Source: Azolla caroliniana
Taxonomy: Eukaryota > Plantae > Polypodiophyta
Assembly (NCBI GenBank): GCA_043228905.1
Contig: JBHGNT010000008.1
Location: forward strand, 5,952,001 to 6,016,000
DNA length: 64,000 nucleotides
Direction of reading: 5' to 3'
In this document: positions 38,401 to 52,174 of the stretch, piece by piece
Numbering within the stretch: the stretch's first letter is position 1
Layout of the letters: each line of letters starts with the position of its first letter
Made by a program: the position numbers and the translations under genes
The notes under the pieces: model-generated
Seen by the model: the letters and a program-made list of their open reading frames with translations, nothing else
Told to the model about the DNA's origin: nothing
Databases searched by the model: none

Positions 38401-40985
38401 AATGTAGGGTGGAGGGGCCAATAGGGTCATTGAGAAGAAGAAATCTAAGTGGATTGGTGGAAGTTTCCTTGGAAGTGGAAATGTCATTTTGGGCTCGCAT
38501 TTCCAATACATTGGGGAGCAACGTAAGGGTGGAATCTTTTTTGGAAAGAAAATAATAATCAATAGAATATTTGTACCCATTCCTATATGTGCTAGAAGTT
38601 GGATGGTGTCATATTCACTAAGCCAATCACCTTTTTCAATATTGAAATATACAACACGCATGCAGTTTAGTAATATAGATGATATGATTGTGTTTATTAT
38701 ACGCAAATTGCTAGAATATCTAGCGCAATCTCAGCGTCTAGTCGAACATCCAACCAAAGATTGAAATCAACAAGAAGCATGCATCATTCCATGATGAAAT
38801 TACTTCATATTATGCACATTGCTAGGATCAAGGGATAGTCAATCAAACATGCATGCATCTTAGATCGTTTAATTACACACTATTACGATGGAAAAATTCA
38901 CTAGTATGCTAGTCAAGACTCTAATACAATAAAGATAAGGACAAACCTGAGTTTTTAAGTGGGCAGGCAAAGATGGGCAAAGGGTAAAGATAAACACTAA
39001 GTTTCAGATATAGCACCACTTGCAATGAGATGGAAGAAAATCACACAAGAATAAGGTGTTGTCATGCGGTGGCAAATCCAACGACGAAATGAGCTCAACG
39101 CAAGTATAGACACAAGTGGATAAGTGGATAAGTGAAGGGCAACAAGAGGAAGAGGATATGGATAAGCGACGAATAGGATTTGGGCGTAGCTCGATTTTCT
39201 TATGGAATAGTTTAAGGGTGAAAAGGAAGTAAAAGAGAGTTATTTATGTAGATTTCTACGAACGGGTTAAGGAATAGATGTGTAAACCAACTTGAAAGGA
39301 GATGGGAAAAGCAAATGGGCCTTGGGGTTGTGTCCTGAAAGAGAAACAACTATATACAATTAAGGCTTTCAATTTAACAATGTTGAACTATATTGAAATT
39401 TGGAATGATCTTCAGTCTAAATTTAACGAGTGGCTTACGATTCCAGATTGCGAGAGGCTGATTTCCCGAATAATGCAAGCGTAAATTAATGACAAACTCG
39501 AGAATCTTCTTCTTCTTCTTCTTTTGCAAATATCATCTTTAATGGGGGGGGGGGGGGGGGGGGGGACCATGATAAGGGAGGGGAAAGTGTGAACAAAAAA
39601 GGAAAAACAATACAAATTGAGAAGAAGGAAGTGATGGAAGAGATGGTTACCGTCCACACGAGATTGAAAATGATGGATGGGACCAAGGGGGTATGGGGAC
39701 CAATACCACAAACATAGCTAGGATACAGGTTTCCATGGACTGATGTTTCCAGGAAGGGGAGAAAGTGATGAACAGTTTCCCCAACATATAAAATATATAT
39801 ATGTATGTATGTGGTGGAGAGGGACCACAACACGGCGCGGAAAAGGAGCACAAGACCCTACAAATTGCTTGAGATGCAAGGCCTCGAAGATTTGCGAATG
39901 CAGCATTTAAGTAAACTGCTTTCCTTCGTCTCATATATATAGCATACCATCCATACCATACACATACACATCCACATACCATACCATACCATACCATACC
40001 AGACTACACACAAACCATAGCTCTTCTTCTCCAAACCATCCCAGTCTCGACAAAAGCATCAGTTTTACTTCTTATGTTTCATGTCTCATAAACAATTTTA
40101 TGCTCTCGATCCTGCTGTATACATGCTATATTAGAGCATTGTCTCCCCCTCCCAATTCACAAAACATGGGCATGGGTGGTTCTTCTGCTTGTGTTCTCAT
40201 ATAGTTTTTCTGTTCTTGTGTTTCATCTCTCTTAAACATAATCCATGCTCTCAATCCTGCTGTATACATGCTATATTAGAGCATTGTCTCCCCCCCCCCC
40301 CAATTCACAAAACATGGGATATGGGTGGTTCTTCTATAGTTTTTCTGTTCTTGTGTCTCATTCCTCTTCAACATAATCCATGCTCTTAATCCTCTATGTG
40401 CATACATACCTTCTCAATTCATCCCCTTCTTGCAAAGCTCACTTATTTCCTTCCCAGTACTCAAATTCATATTACACAGATCTATTGAAATCAACCCGTG
40501 ATAGTCTCGCCTTTCTAGATGTAAGAGCACTAATCTCTCTCTCAAAGATCAAGCTCTAAAGTCTAAATCTTTCTTCTTTGCAAAGAGAACAGATTTCATC
40601 TTTTCACAGCATATCTGTGGTAAGTTCATCGAAAAAAGCCATACCACTATTTTACACTGCGAAGAAAGCATTCCCCTATTCTGCTCTCCCCATATCCAGG
40701 AAAGATTGAGCTGGAAGTACCTGTCTTATTTTTCTCTGTTAAAAGATAAGGCATCCCCATCTCTTTTCCACCTAAACTTTGAAGGAAAGATCAAGCTAAT
40801 TCTAGTATCTTCCATAAAACCTGCACCACCAAATTTGATGAAGAATCTCACACTTTTCTAAAAAACCAGTAAAAATCTGATCCTAGGTCATCAGATCACA
40901 ATATAATTTTCTCTGTGAAAAAGAGATCAAGACAGTGGTAATATCTTCCTTCCTGTCTTTCTCTGATACCATCACATATACCACC

Positions 40986-41708
40986 ATGTTTCGTCGCAGA
41001 AGCTGTCGTATAGCTAGTAGTCACAGATCTCCCTCCAAAACCTCCTCCTCCCCCTCTCTCCCTTCTCTTTATTTTCATTCTCCTTCTAAATCTACTTCTT
41101 CTTCCACTGCTTCCGCTCTGCTCGATTCTTCTACTGCTGGCCTCTATGAATATGGTTCTTCTTCTCCCTGCACTCCATACAAATCCGTTCCTTCCTCTCC
41201 TTGTAATATGTTCGACCCATCACCATCTCCATCTTCTTCTGCTTCTTCACAGTCCGCTGGCATGCCTCCTCCTCCTCCTCCTCCTCCTCAGAGGAAGAAA
41301 AAGAGGAAGATCCGTTTCTTGATGCGCAGGAAGCTCCAATATCCATCATTTCTCCTCTACCCCCGCCGTCCATCTCCTTCCTCCACCTCCCTCCTCCTTA
41401 TCCTGTACAGCATCCTGAAGAAGATCCGAGCTATGGCGAATTCCATCGCCATACCATACAAGGAAGAGAATCAAGGGAGCTGGGCGAAGGAAGGCAGGAT
41501 CGGAAGAGAGGGGATGTACAGGCGGGCAGAAACAGGGATGATGGGGGTGGGCAGGGCGGCGAGTAACAGGGAAGCCATTGCAGATTGCATCGAGTTCATC
41601 AAGAGGTCCGCATCATCATGCTCAGAATCGGAATCTGCATCAGATTCTGCATCTGCATCTGCATCTCCATCGGATTCTGCATCAGATTCTCCATCAGATT
41701 CTGTGTAG
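40986..41708 (+). CDS. Intronless Ser/Pro-rich protein (240 aa) with C-terminal EAIADCIEFIKRS motif, uncharacterised plant family
   Basis: Uninterrupted ORF with a good start context (CCACCATG), a basic RKKKRK stretch and a plant EAIxDCIEF motif. A TATA-like TATATATA lies at ~39933. Confidence 0.75.
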   Translation: MFRRRSCRIASSHRSPSKTSSSPSLPSLYFHSPSKSTSSSTASALLDSSTAGLYEYGSSSPCTPYKSVPSSPCNMFDPSPSPSSSASSQSAGMPPPPPPPPQRKKKRKIRFLMRRKLQYPSFLLYPRRPSPSSTSLLLILYSILKKIRAMANSIAIPYKEENQGSWAKEGRIGREGMYRRAETGMMGVGRAASNREAIADCIEFIKRSASSCSESESASDSASASASPSDSASDSPSDSV

Positions 41709-41732
41709 GAATATATGCTGATGCTGCCTCCG

Positions 41733-41771
<39 letters not shown>

Positions 41772-43759
41772 CAGGGGATCTCCCCTGCTTGGTTTCACAC
41801 CTGTCCGGACACAATTGCCCGGACACATTTTGCCCCGACAACCCGAGCGCGTCGGCCCATAGACCACCTGCATCTGCATATGCATCTTCTGAGACACTAT
41901 GTAGGAATATGTTGTTGCCGCTGCCTCCATGAAAGAGAAGGCATTGGATCCCCTGCTTCGTTTCACACTTAACCAAACACAATTATCCCGCCAAGCCAAG
42001 CGAGTCGGCCCTTGTACCGGCATTCCTGCCTAGCCTGTCGAATGACAAAAGAAGGAGAAGAGACCCCGGATCGTCAAGAGCCACACATGCATGTCAGCGG
42101 ACCGAGACGGAATGGCACGGGCACGAGACGGCTTGCATCCTCGCCCTTCTTCGTTCCTTACTTATCCTTCTCCAGTTGCCCTACATTGTCCTCACGACTT
42201 TTTGTTAATGGATCTGCATGTCTGGGAAAACATCTCGATCCACAATCATTGGCCTTCCACATAGGTGGGACAGATATGCGCTAGAAGTCGGGAGAGAAAT
42301 CCATGTCGGGGGGCATTGCACCTGATCAATCATTAGACGCAAGAGAATTTTGGCTTGTGACCTTAGTCCTAATCCACGTTGTAAAAGATGTGCAATTAAT
42401 GAAAACGAACTATAACATTCACATGAAATAATACATGTATAAAGATTTAACTATTTGCGTTAGGAGTTCAAATCCCACTTGGTTGCTTGCATTTCATGAC
42501 ATGTGTTGTCCTATCATTGGAAACCCTTCGTTGTGGCCATTATTTTTCATTTACCATGTTAATTAACATCATATGACTTTCTTACCACGCTATGTTAGCA
42601 TGCCCACTCATGCAAATCCATAGTCATGTGGTGATCCCAAGAAAGTTCAATTGTAATAGCATCCAAAATTATATCAAATGCCTCATTGACGTAGAAATCC
42701 ATTTTGGAGCACAACAAAATCAACTCGTTAGAAGTATAGGTCGACTTTGGCCTCATTGAAAAAGGATATCATTATTGATGCAACATTGATTTCTATGGTC
42801 CACATAGGCATCATTTAGGACAATGTAAACCCATATAATGATCATTTTTCCCTTGAAATATGGGATGTTGTTGATGTGGCACAAAATCATTGTTTGAAGA
42901 AAAGGAAGCCAACTTGAGGTCTCATTTTGAATTAAATTGACGTTGATGTATAGTGATGTATTAGGAGTTTATCTTCTATTAGCAACATGACAACCAAACA
43001 TTTCGTAAGTGTTTGAATCATGTTCGTCTAACCGCCATTTTATATAGATTGAAAAGTCATCAACTCTAAATTGTTCACATGCAAGAGCCAACAAAATCAT
43101 GTAGATTAGCCAAATAATTGGACAGATGTTTCCTAGATTCGGTTTTATCCTTTAATGTCCCTTTAAGAACATTAATAGATTCTTTCTAATTGGGTTGAAC
43201 TCTTCCCCAATCAAGCATGAGAGTGCCAACTTCTCTCATGAGTATTTTTATGACTTTAGTCTTCAATCAATAGGGATGTTTTTTACACCATAAGAAGCAA
43301 AGGCTTTTATTCTGGGCATGCCCCTTTACATTTACATCAACAAAAAACCAAAACAAAACTTGCATCATATACTGAGTGAGTCAAAACATATGTGACAGAT
43401 TGTGTAAGCACACACTGACATATATATTTAGCTCGTGTGCATGTGAAGAATGAGCAATACAATAAATTTTTATACCACCATTGTCTACCCTAAAGGACAA
43501 GATGTCGATCATACACACATATAGAGTTCCATGGACCATACCTTCAAGATCTCTATACACCAATGTATGGGCAAGATCACATCTATACTCGCACATCCAA
43601 ACTACAATGTGAACTAGAGAGGCTATATATAAAAAATACTATGAAAACACATTGATTTGGTATAGGTAGCATGTTATACACACACAACAACAACACATAT
43701 ATACAACATATAGTGTCCATATATATAGTGGCCCATGCATTGGGGTAACAAATCTCACC

Positions 43760-44884
43760 AATTCCACTCATCAACTAGGTGAAACTATGGAATGTAAGGG
43801 GGCTTGGGGCACAAGACCATCAAGTGATCGAGAATATTGTAATTCATTACAAAATGAATAGCTTGTTTCTTCTCAAGTGTTGTTTTGGCATGGGAAAGAG
43901 AAGTTGCGATCTCAATTCAATTGTTTATTTTGATTGGGGATTGTACATTCGGAAGATGTGTTTGATAATGAATCTCAAAGGTTGTCAGATTTTGAAAATG
44001 CCAAGAAATGGTTATGTATTTCCCCAAATTATGGATTTATTTGGGAGAAATTACAAGATATACCATTGTTGCAAGGATCTTTGCCATTGAAAACAAATTT
44101 TGCACCTTGGGTGGATTGGTGGTTACTAGATGGTACATGCTTGTTACAAGTCACTACAAATATATTCTATCATCATGTGATGGCATCATTATCTTGGCTA
44201 TCTCCTAAAGCAGCAAAGTTGTGGAATGTATGTAAGTCAGATGCAAGGTGGTGGAAAATATTACAACATGGTTGGCATTCCCATCTACCATTTCGTGCCA
44301 AGGAATTCATATGGAGAGTCATGATTGGTGGGCTCCCATTAGGTTCGGCCTTAAAGAGACGAGGACTAGGGTCTGGCACTTGTTTCTTTTGCATCATTCC
44401 ATTGGAGGATAGTACACATAGGTTCATAATAATGTCCTATAGCGTGTACCATTTGGAAATACTTATCAGACATTTGGCAAGTTGTAACCCGTTGTTGTTT
44501 GAGACCTCAACAATGGGTTTTTTCTCAATATGTTTAAAATGGTTCAAATGATGAGAAGGAGATATGGTTCCAATTTTTACATTATTGGGGTCGACAACAC
44601 AATTGGAATATGCGTAATGCTTTTCATGTTTGATAATAGACATGGGTGAAAGCCTATATAAAAAAGCTGAAAGGTATTCTCATGTGAAATTTTTGGATGT
44701 GAGAGCATGTGGGGATCATTTCCTCAAATGCAAATTCAGGTTTTTTGAATAGCATTATAGGACGTCCCTCTCCCTACATAGCATATATGATAGGTAGGGA
44801 GACTAAGAAGTGTTGTAACTAAGTGGATTTTACATACAATTAATATAATTGTGTGCTTTTATTGAGAGAGAGAGAGAGAGAGAG
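43760..44884 (+). mobile_element. L1-type LINE 3' fragment (zf-RVT), ending in (AG)n
   Basis: WWKILQHGWHSHLPFRAKEFIWRVMIGGLP...CFFCIIPLEDSTHRF. Confidence 0.85.
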
Positions 44885-44885
44885 T

Positions 44886-45085
44886 TACCCAAATGGATGT
44901 AGCTCAATTAGTAAGGTTGCCCAATGGAGACCAGGTGTTCATGGGTTCAACCCCTACATTCCACAGTGGCATCTAGTGAAATAAGAGATATCTATGGAGT
45001 ATGTATCTTGGTTTCACACCCAAGATGTATTGTTAGTAGTGTATAATGACTTACCACTAGGGTAAGCTAATCAAGATAAAGTAAA
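44886..45085 (+). mobile_element. tRNA-derived SINE-like element
   Basis: A box TAGCTCAATTAG (44900) and B box GGTTCAACCCC (44944), ~200 bp long, with (AG)n on both sides. Confidence 0.65.
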
Positions 45086-45214
45086 GAGAGAGAGAGAGAG
45101 ATCCAACCAGAATCAAGAATGTTGAAACATCAAAGTTAAGGGCCCCTTTAAAATGTTCGAATATCGCTTAAAAACTTCATTTGTCAAGCCATCCCAACCA
45201 GGGCTCTTATCACT

Positions 45215-45647
45215 ATGAAGATTTGGAGTTACATTTCTCAAATTTGGCAAGTTTTATCACGGTGTTATTTGACACCTAGACAATGGGTGTTTGCACAATT
45301 TACACAGGTTGACCCAAAATCAGAGATGGAGATCGTTTTTCTATTTCTAAGATATTGGGGATTGCATCATAATTGGAACATGCACAACACTTTTGTATTC
45401 GATGGTAGACATGGAGAGAAAGCATATCTACGAAAGTTGAAGGGAGTACTAATGTGGCAATTTTCTTTATTGGAGCAAGTGGAAAATCTTTCCTCGGTGG
45501 AGTGTTCATCTTGCCTATTGGCAATTCAACATGTTCCACTACCCGTGTAGTGTAGTGTAGTTAGTGGGTGACCATACTCCATTGTCACACCCATTGTAAG
45601 TAGTGTTTTTTACACACATTTATTAATATAATTGTGTGTTTTCACCC

Positions 45648-45687
<40 letters not shown>
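45215..45687 (+). mobile_element. Second short 3' end of the same LINE family, ending in (AG)n
   Basis: IWSYISQIWQVLSRCYLTPRQWVF...FLRYWGL is homologous to 44450-44760; both share the ATTAATATAATTGTGTG end before (AG)n. Confidence 0.8.
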
Positions 45688-45692
<5 letters not shown>

Positions 45693-45829
45693 TGTTCATG
45701 GATGATGGGAGACCAACTCCAATCCATGAGATGGAGACTAGCCCATGGGCGAGGAACTAACTTGCAAATGATGCAATGCACATGCACACATTATCCACGC
45801 AGTTCTAATCCCATCGTGTGCACCACCAC

Positions 45830-46390
45830 CATACATACGTACATATTCACTCACACACAGTTTATACACAAAACGCAATGCATGCATGCCCAAACTACAG
45901 ACATACATGAATGCATGCCTACATACATACAATACATACGTACATACATACATACATACATACATACAACTTACAATCATACAATACATACGTACATACA
46001 TGCATACAATTATACGTACATACAATCATACAATACATACATACAATTACAATCATACAATACATACAATACTATCATACAATCATACAATACAATCATA
46101 CATACATACATACAATACAATACATACATACATACATACATACATACATACATACATACATACATACATACAATACATACGTACATACATACATACATAC
46201 AAATTACAATCATACAATACATACGTACGTACATACATGCAAATTACAATCATACAATACATACGTACATACATACATACAATTACAATCATACAATTAT
46301 ACGTACATACAATCATACAATAAATACATACAATCATACAATACATACATACATACATACATACATTGCATGCATTCACACGCATGCACA
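45830..46390. repeat. (TACA)n-rich microsatellite tract
   Basis: Directly visible in the sequence. Confidence 0.95.
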
Positions 46391-47838
46391 GATATATGAA
46401 TGTGTATGTCTGTTGGCCACTCTTTATTTAAGCTTCATTTTTTCGCAGATTTATGGCCAGCAGATGATACTGCCTTCCTGCATGATCCTTCTGAATTATA
46501 GGAATTCGAAATCTGCTCTAGAGAGAGAGAGACGAGCGACTGGTCTGCCTCAGGTATTCTCCTTCCCCTTCTTCCCCTTCATGCAATGTCTCGAGGTAGA
46601 GAAAGAGAGAGCTTTGTTCGTCTTCACCAGAAAAAATAAAGAAAGAATTCCATGGAATTCTGTTTAGCTTGCACACACACACACACACACAGAATTTTAA
46701 AGAAAAAAGATTTGCAATACGATGTTATAAAGGAAAAATGGTCAGAAAGATTGACCTAGATTGGAATCTTTGTGCATCGTTAATCCTGTTTCTGTTTTGC
46801 TCTAAAACTTCCTTTTTTCTCTGCAATTGGAGAGCTTGCAATTTATTATCAGGTCAGATCGATTTCTGTTGTTTACATCATCTTGTAGTAGACATGTGAG
46901 TTAAATTTTGGATCAATTTTGATTAGATCATGTTACTATGACTCAGGTTCTAGGGTTTATGTTTTAGATAATTACCAATGTAGCACAATAGATATCCAAA
47001 TGCCTCAACGTGGCCTTCGAAATTTGAGAATGACTCAATTACTATGCCATCTGTACCGCTAATTAATACTAAATAACATTAATGGCATATGTGAACATAA
47101 TTAATAAGCAAGCAACATAACTTTATGTAGCCAATTTATGTTCTAATTATGCTTGTTTGCTATAACTATAGCTATACTAAGTGCTTTTTAAGCTATTCTT
47201 TGCATGTAGCATGTTGATTGTTGATCAAATGTGCTAATATGGTATTGATTAGCTTCGCAAGAAATAAATTGTAAGTTGGTAACTTTCAGAATTGGGATGT
47301 CTTTCCGGTCAATTTTGGTAATTATAATGTTATTTTGGTAAGTTACATTTTAAAGGGTTTCAGGGTTTAGGGTTCAGCATTTATGACATATATTTACATA
47401 GAAAAGAGTTTCAGTATTTGTTCTTACAATTTTTGTTTTTTCTTGAAAGTATATCGTCCATTGGTATTAGAATTACAATGGCTGGAGGCCTTACTACAAA
47501 ATAGTCCAATATTACATATGACCATAGTCAATCTTTGTAGGTAAAGATAAGTAAGAAAGACACATAGCCAATCTTTAGAGACAAAGAAAATACAATGAAG
47601 CCATATCCTTCTCCTTTTAATGCATGTTTCATTCGTGTATTTGAAGACATGTTTGCAAAAAAATAGTTTTACTGTGATTTGCATTTGCATTATTTCAGAA
47701 TCACCTTCAAATTTTGATATTGCATTATTGAAATAGCTTGGAATTTAATTGCACTTTATATTGTACTTATTTTAATAAACGTATATTTATGAGCAGATAT
47801 TTATACTGAGTGCAATTAATTCAAGCTTTTGATGGCCG

Positions 47839-48263
47839 TTCTCTTATTACATTTACTTTTAACAACTGAACGTTCATTCTTGGCTCCCATTTGGCTACCT
47901 AGAGACATAACAAAGTCCTTATATATTGTTCCACGCGCGCGCGCACACGCACACACACACGTTAATAGTGCTACAATACAAACATCTTCCACAAAAGTTA
48001 TCATACATGGACACACATCTGTTAATAGGCCAGCAGTACAAACAACATCCGCAAAAGGTATCTATGATACATGGAACCAATCCCAAGTATTGTGATTCCT
48101 TGATGATCCGTAACAGAGCTTGCGGGAATTCTTTCCATAGAACCTCTCTCCGTTGAAGAATATAGTTACACATTGGAAGTCAAATCTCAAGTTTATGTGC
48201 CGGTGTCTAGGGGAGCGACAAGGTCACTACATATACACAACCAGGAATGCTCTTTTATAATAC
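47839..48263 (+). repeat. Left arm of a long inverted repeat (partner 52600-53085)
   Basis: ttctcttattacatttactttt...gctcttttataatac is the reverse complement of 52600-53085, with a few indels. Confidence 0.95.
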
Positions 48264-48602
48264 AACAGATGTTAGGAGCAAGGGTCCAAGTGTGATGATC
48301 ACTCAATGCGACGTTGTGTTTGATTAGTCCGCGTCCTAGTACTTGCCTCCGACTCCGGACCTCACCTCCAATCCGAGTCGGCTAATGATGGGTTTTATTC
48401 CTTTAGGGCCACCATCCAACGAAGTGTGTATTCACACTTTGAGAGTTCAATGGCTAATGATGGGTTTCATTCCTTTAGGCTGAACTTTATAGATCCCAAT
48501 CCGGATGTCTTAAGGATGTGACAGAGTTCCACCTCCTCTTCCCTTTCTGTATAAGCATACCCTCTGATGGAACAAAAATGTTACTCATTGTCTTACTACA
48601 AT

Positions 48603-50856
48603 TCAAATCAAACTACACCCTAATTGCTTATCTATCCCTCTCTTTGCCATCATCTTCCTGATTCTTTCCATGTCATTCTCCTTCCCATCTAAAGCATACA
48701 TGTTAAAGAGCAAAACATAAGCAGATGCATTGTTTCCCTCTAAGTAGACCACGTTTTCTGCAGCTCTTTTTGCTCGTTCCATGTCACCGTGCATCCGACA
48801 AGCACCAAGTAAAGATGTCCAAACACAAGCATCAGCTTCCATTGGCATTTTGTTAATGAAATCCGCAGCTTCAGTCAAAAGACCTGCTCTCCCAAGAAGA
48901 TCAACCATGCTCCCATAATGCTCAAACGTTGGCTCTACACCATGTTCATCCCTCATTGAAGAAAAATAGAACAAGCCCTCCTCTACCAGCCCTGCGTGAC
49001 TACATGCGGAAATAAGGCTTAAAAAAGTGGTCGCATTCGGCATCACCTTCTCTTCTTGCATTTTCTTGTACAAATTCAAAGCTTCGCTACCATGTCCTTG
49101 TTGAGCGTACGCTGTGATCAGTGCTGTCCATGTGACCACATTCCATTTGTGCATATTATCAAATACCGACTGAGCCTTCTGTAAAGCGTCACATTTACCA
49201 TACATGTTGACAATGGCATTGGTAATGACGAAATCAGATTCGAGCCCAAGATTTGCAATATGGTTATGAATTGCTATGCCTTCATCTAAAACCCCAATGC
49301 AAGCACACGCAGTAAGAATACCGATAAATGTGACCTTATCAGGTTCCATGTCTTCTTCTTGCTGCATTTTCCTAAACAGCTCGAGAGCTTCATGGCCTAA
49401 TCCTTGTTGGGCATAAACTGTGATGATTGCATTCCATGATATCACCGTTTGTTGAGTGATGTTATTGAAGGCAGCTAGGGCATCATCGAGAAGTTTGCAT
49501 TTGCCATACATATTGACAAGAGCTGTCCCAGTGATAACATCGAGCTCAAACCCTTTGTATGTAACCAATGCATGGATCTCCTTGCCCTCGGCCATAGATT
49601 CGAGGTTTGCACATGCGGATAGAGCACTTATGAAAGTGACCTTATCTGGTTCCATGCCTTGTTCTTGCATTTGGTGGAAGTAATCCAAAGCTTCTCTATT
49701 GCACCCTTGCCTAGTACACTTGGTAATCATGGATGTCCATGATACCACGGTGCGCTTCTCGACTTTACCGAACATAATCCGAACGTTGGTAGGGTCTCCA
49801 CACTTCCCATACATAGTCATAAGGGCATTTCTCAATACCACATTTGATTAAAGCAATTCATCAGAGATACAAGTGTGGATAAATTTCCCATCGCTAAGGT
49901 TGTCAGGGGCAACACATGCACTCAATGCATTGATGAATGTGATCGCGTTTGGTTTCACATCTCGTGCCCGCATCTCTGATAAGAGCCTCAGAGCCTCATG
50001 GTGGCGTCCTTTCCTAACAAAAGCTCCCATGAGGGAGTTATAAGCTGCCACATCAAGAGCAACACTAACCTTGCTAAATACAATCTTAGCTTGATCAACA
50101 TCTCGACATCGGCCATACATGTCGATAAGTCCAGTGGCAACCATAATGTCAGTGTGCAATCCAGCCCCCACAGCCAAGGTGTGAACGTGCTCGCCCTCTA
50201 CGAGGGAGGCAGCATGGGAACATGCCTTGAGACATATGATGAATGTGACCCTGTCTGGACTAACATCCTCTGTTACCATTTGTGTGAGCATTTCAAGGGC
50301 CTTTCATATGTGCTGTGTCTCTTCTTGAGCAGGAGGCGGCACTCTTTGGGCTTGACTGGACACTTCCTGGGTGGAAAGATGTGGCACTTTTTTGGCATGA
50401 TGTGGTACAACTTGAGTATCACCTTGAATTTCCTGCACATGATGTGACACTTCTTGGGCATGACGTAGTGATTCTTGGGCATAAGTAAGCAATTCTCCAG
50501 CATGAACTGACACCTTTTGGGCATAATGTGGCACCTCTTTGGGGTGAGGTTGAACTTTCTGAACATGGCAAGGCACTGCTTGGGATGATGTCTCTCATCT
50601 TGGGCATTGGCATATGCACCCATCATGGTGTTCCAAGAGACCACATCTCTCTTATGAACTTGTTAAACAAAACACTAGTATTTGAGATTTCCATGGATTT
50701 TGCATACCTGTGCAGGAGGACATTAGCCAGATGGGTTTTCTGATCCAGCCCAAAACAGACCATTCGAGCATGAAGAAGCAGGCATTGTTGAGGAGAAGGA
50801 AGAAGAAGAGAGTGCGATTGAAGAAGAAAAGCTATGGTTTCTTCTTCGGCCATCAC
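48603..50856 (-). pseudogene. PLS-subfamily, E-class PPR gene (organellar RNA-editing-factor type), disrupted
   Basis: P-L-S triplets (VVSWTSMI, PDKVTFISALSACA, LVNMYGKC), HYGSMVDLLGRAG, and an E domain WTSLLGACRMHG...KQLGCSLI. Frameshifts at ~50645 and ~50300 and an in-frame TAA at 49848. Confidence 0.92.
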
Positions 50857-52174
50857 GTCACTTCCCTCTAAAAGAAGGAAGGATTGCTGCTAACTCCACC
50901 ATTTCCTATAGATTTCTCGGGTGGGTCCTTCAAAAGGAAATAGCTCCATGGACAGCAGGAAGCTTTGCCATATGTATGTATAGACATTTCTCACTCTGCC
51001 AAGCCTCAAGAACAGTATGTACTCTACTCTACCTGAGTTCATGAGAGAGAGTGAGGTGAAGATACGGTTCATAAGTGAGTGAGATAAGTGAATGAATATA
51101 ACTTATATAAGTTATGACCATAGATAGCTAGCTAGTTCATAAGTCATGCCAAATTTAGAGAACCCAAGTTGGACCAAACATCCTGGGGCTTGGAAGTCGG
51201 GCCCATGCTTCGTTTTCAGTGGCAGTTCCACATTGGGAGTGTGGCAATGCTACGCGAAAAACGTTTCAAATTTAGCCCAATTATATTGATGAAATTTGAA
51301 TGTCCCATCCAATTTGATGAGAGTAATATTTATGCCTTTGATATTCTCTCCCTCTCGTTTCGAGTTTCTCTTTTTTGAGTTAAAGGTGCGAACTTCGTAT
51401 GTGCTCCTCTTCCTTGAAACCGGATCAGTCGATCCAAAAAAATCCTTAATAGATTGAAGATATCATATGTTCACAACTTGGACAACAACTCTGTGGTGTA
51501 CCTATTCAGTCCCAAATGGGACACAATTCCAAAACTTATTGGGACTCACCAAGGGGCCTTGTCCTAGTCCCAAAAGGTGCACCACCGTTGTCTCCCCCAA
51601 ACCTGTCCCAATGGGCACTCCCAATGACCATCTTTGGTCTTATTTGAGGAAAGAAGTCTCAAATAATACCAATGAACTAATTCTATATATGTCTATGTCA
51701 TCCCTAGGCCATAGTCTCCAACATAACACCCTCGATTATAATGTGAGGTCTGGCGTACGCCGCAGACACGAGGGAGTTACTTGTAAGAGGTAAAGAGGCA
51801 ACAAACAGAGAGATTGGAATCTATGCGTTGAGATATGTTAAGTATTATCGGTCACAGGACAACGTAGGCATGGTGGGAGAGCAGACCATGCACGCTTTGC
51901 GTCGTTTCGTGCCCATCAACATTCCACCGGGCCACAGAGAGGGAGGAAAGGTCGTGGTTACGTATTATATGTGAGTTTTGCGGACATGTGTCGACCATGT
52001 TGCGTCGGCCTACGGTGCCCAAACCAGAACGTGTAGATTGTTGCGCACATGGTAATAGCCCATCCATGAGCCTTGCTCAAGAATCGAATATACACGGGTA
52101 GGGGGTGCAATGATTGCGCTCTGACTAGGTACGTGTGAATGAACGCACGTTACCGATAAATTATTGTAATGTCC

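Noticed and set aside
38314-38764. 130-aa and 91-aa ORFs, possibly an old LINE remnant
   Set aside because: No recognisable motif; cannot be supported without a search.
39544-39565. Poly-G run (possible G-quadruplex)
   Set aside because: Simple homopolymer with no evidence of function.
42455-42490. Isolated B-box-like GGAGTTCAAATCCC
   Set aside because: No matching A box or cloverleaf.
45702-46667. 321-aa ORF and overlapping ORFs
   Set aside because: (TACA)n microsatellite read-through.
48269-48523. TG...CA segment with a short internal duplication, possible solo LTR
   Set aside because: No TSD and no second copy in the window.
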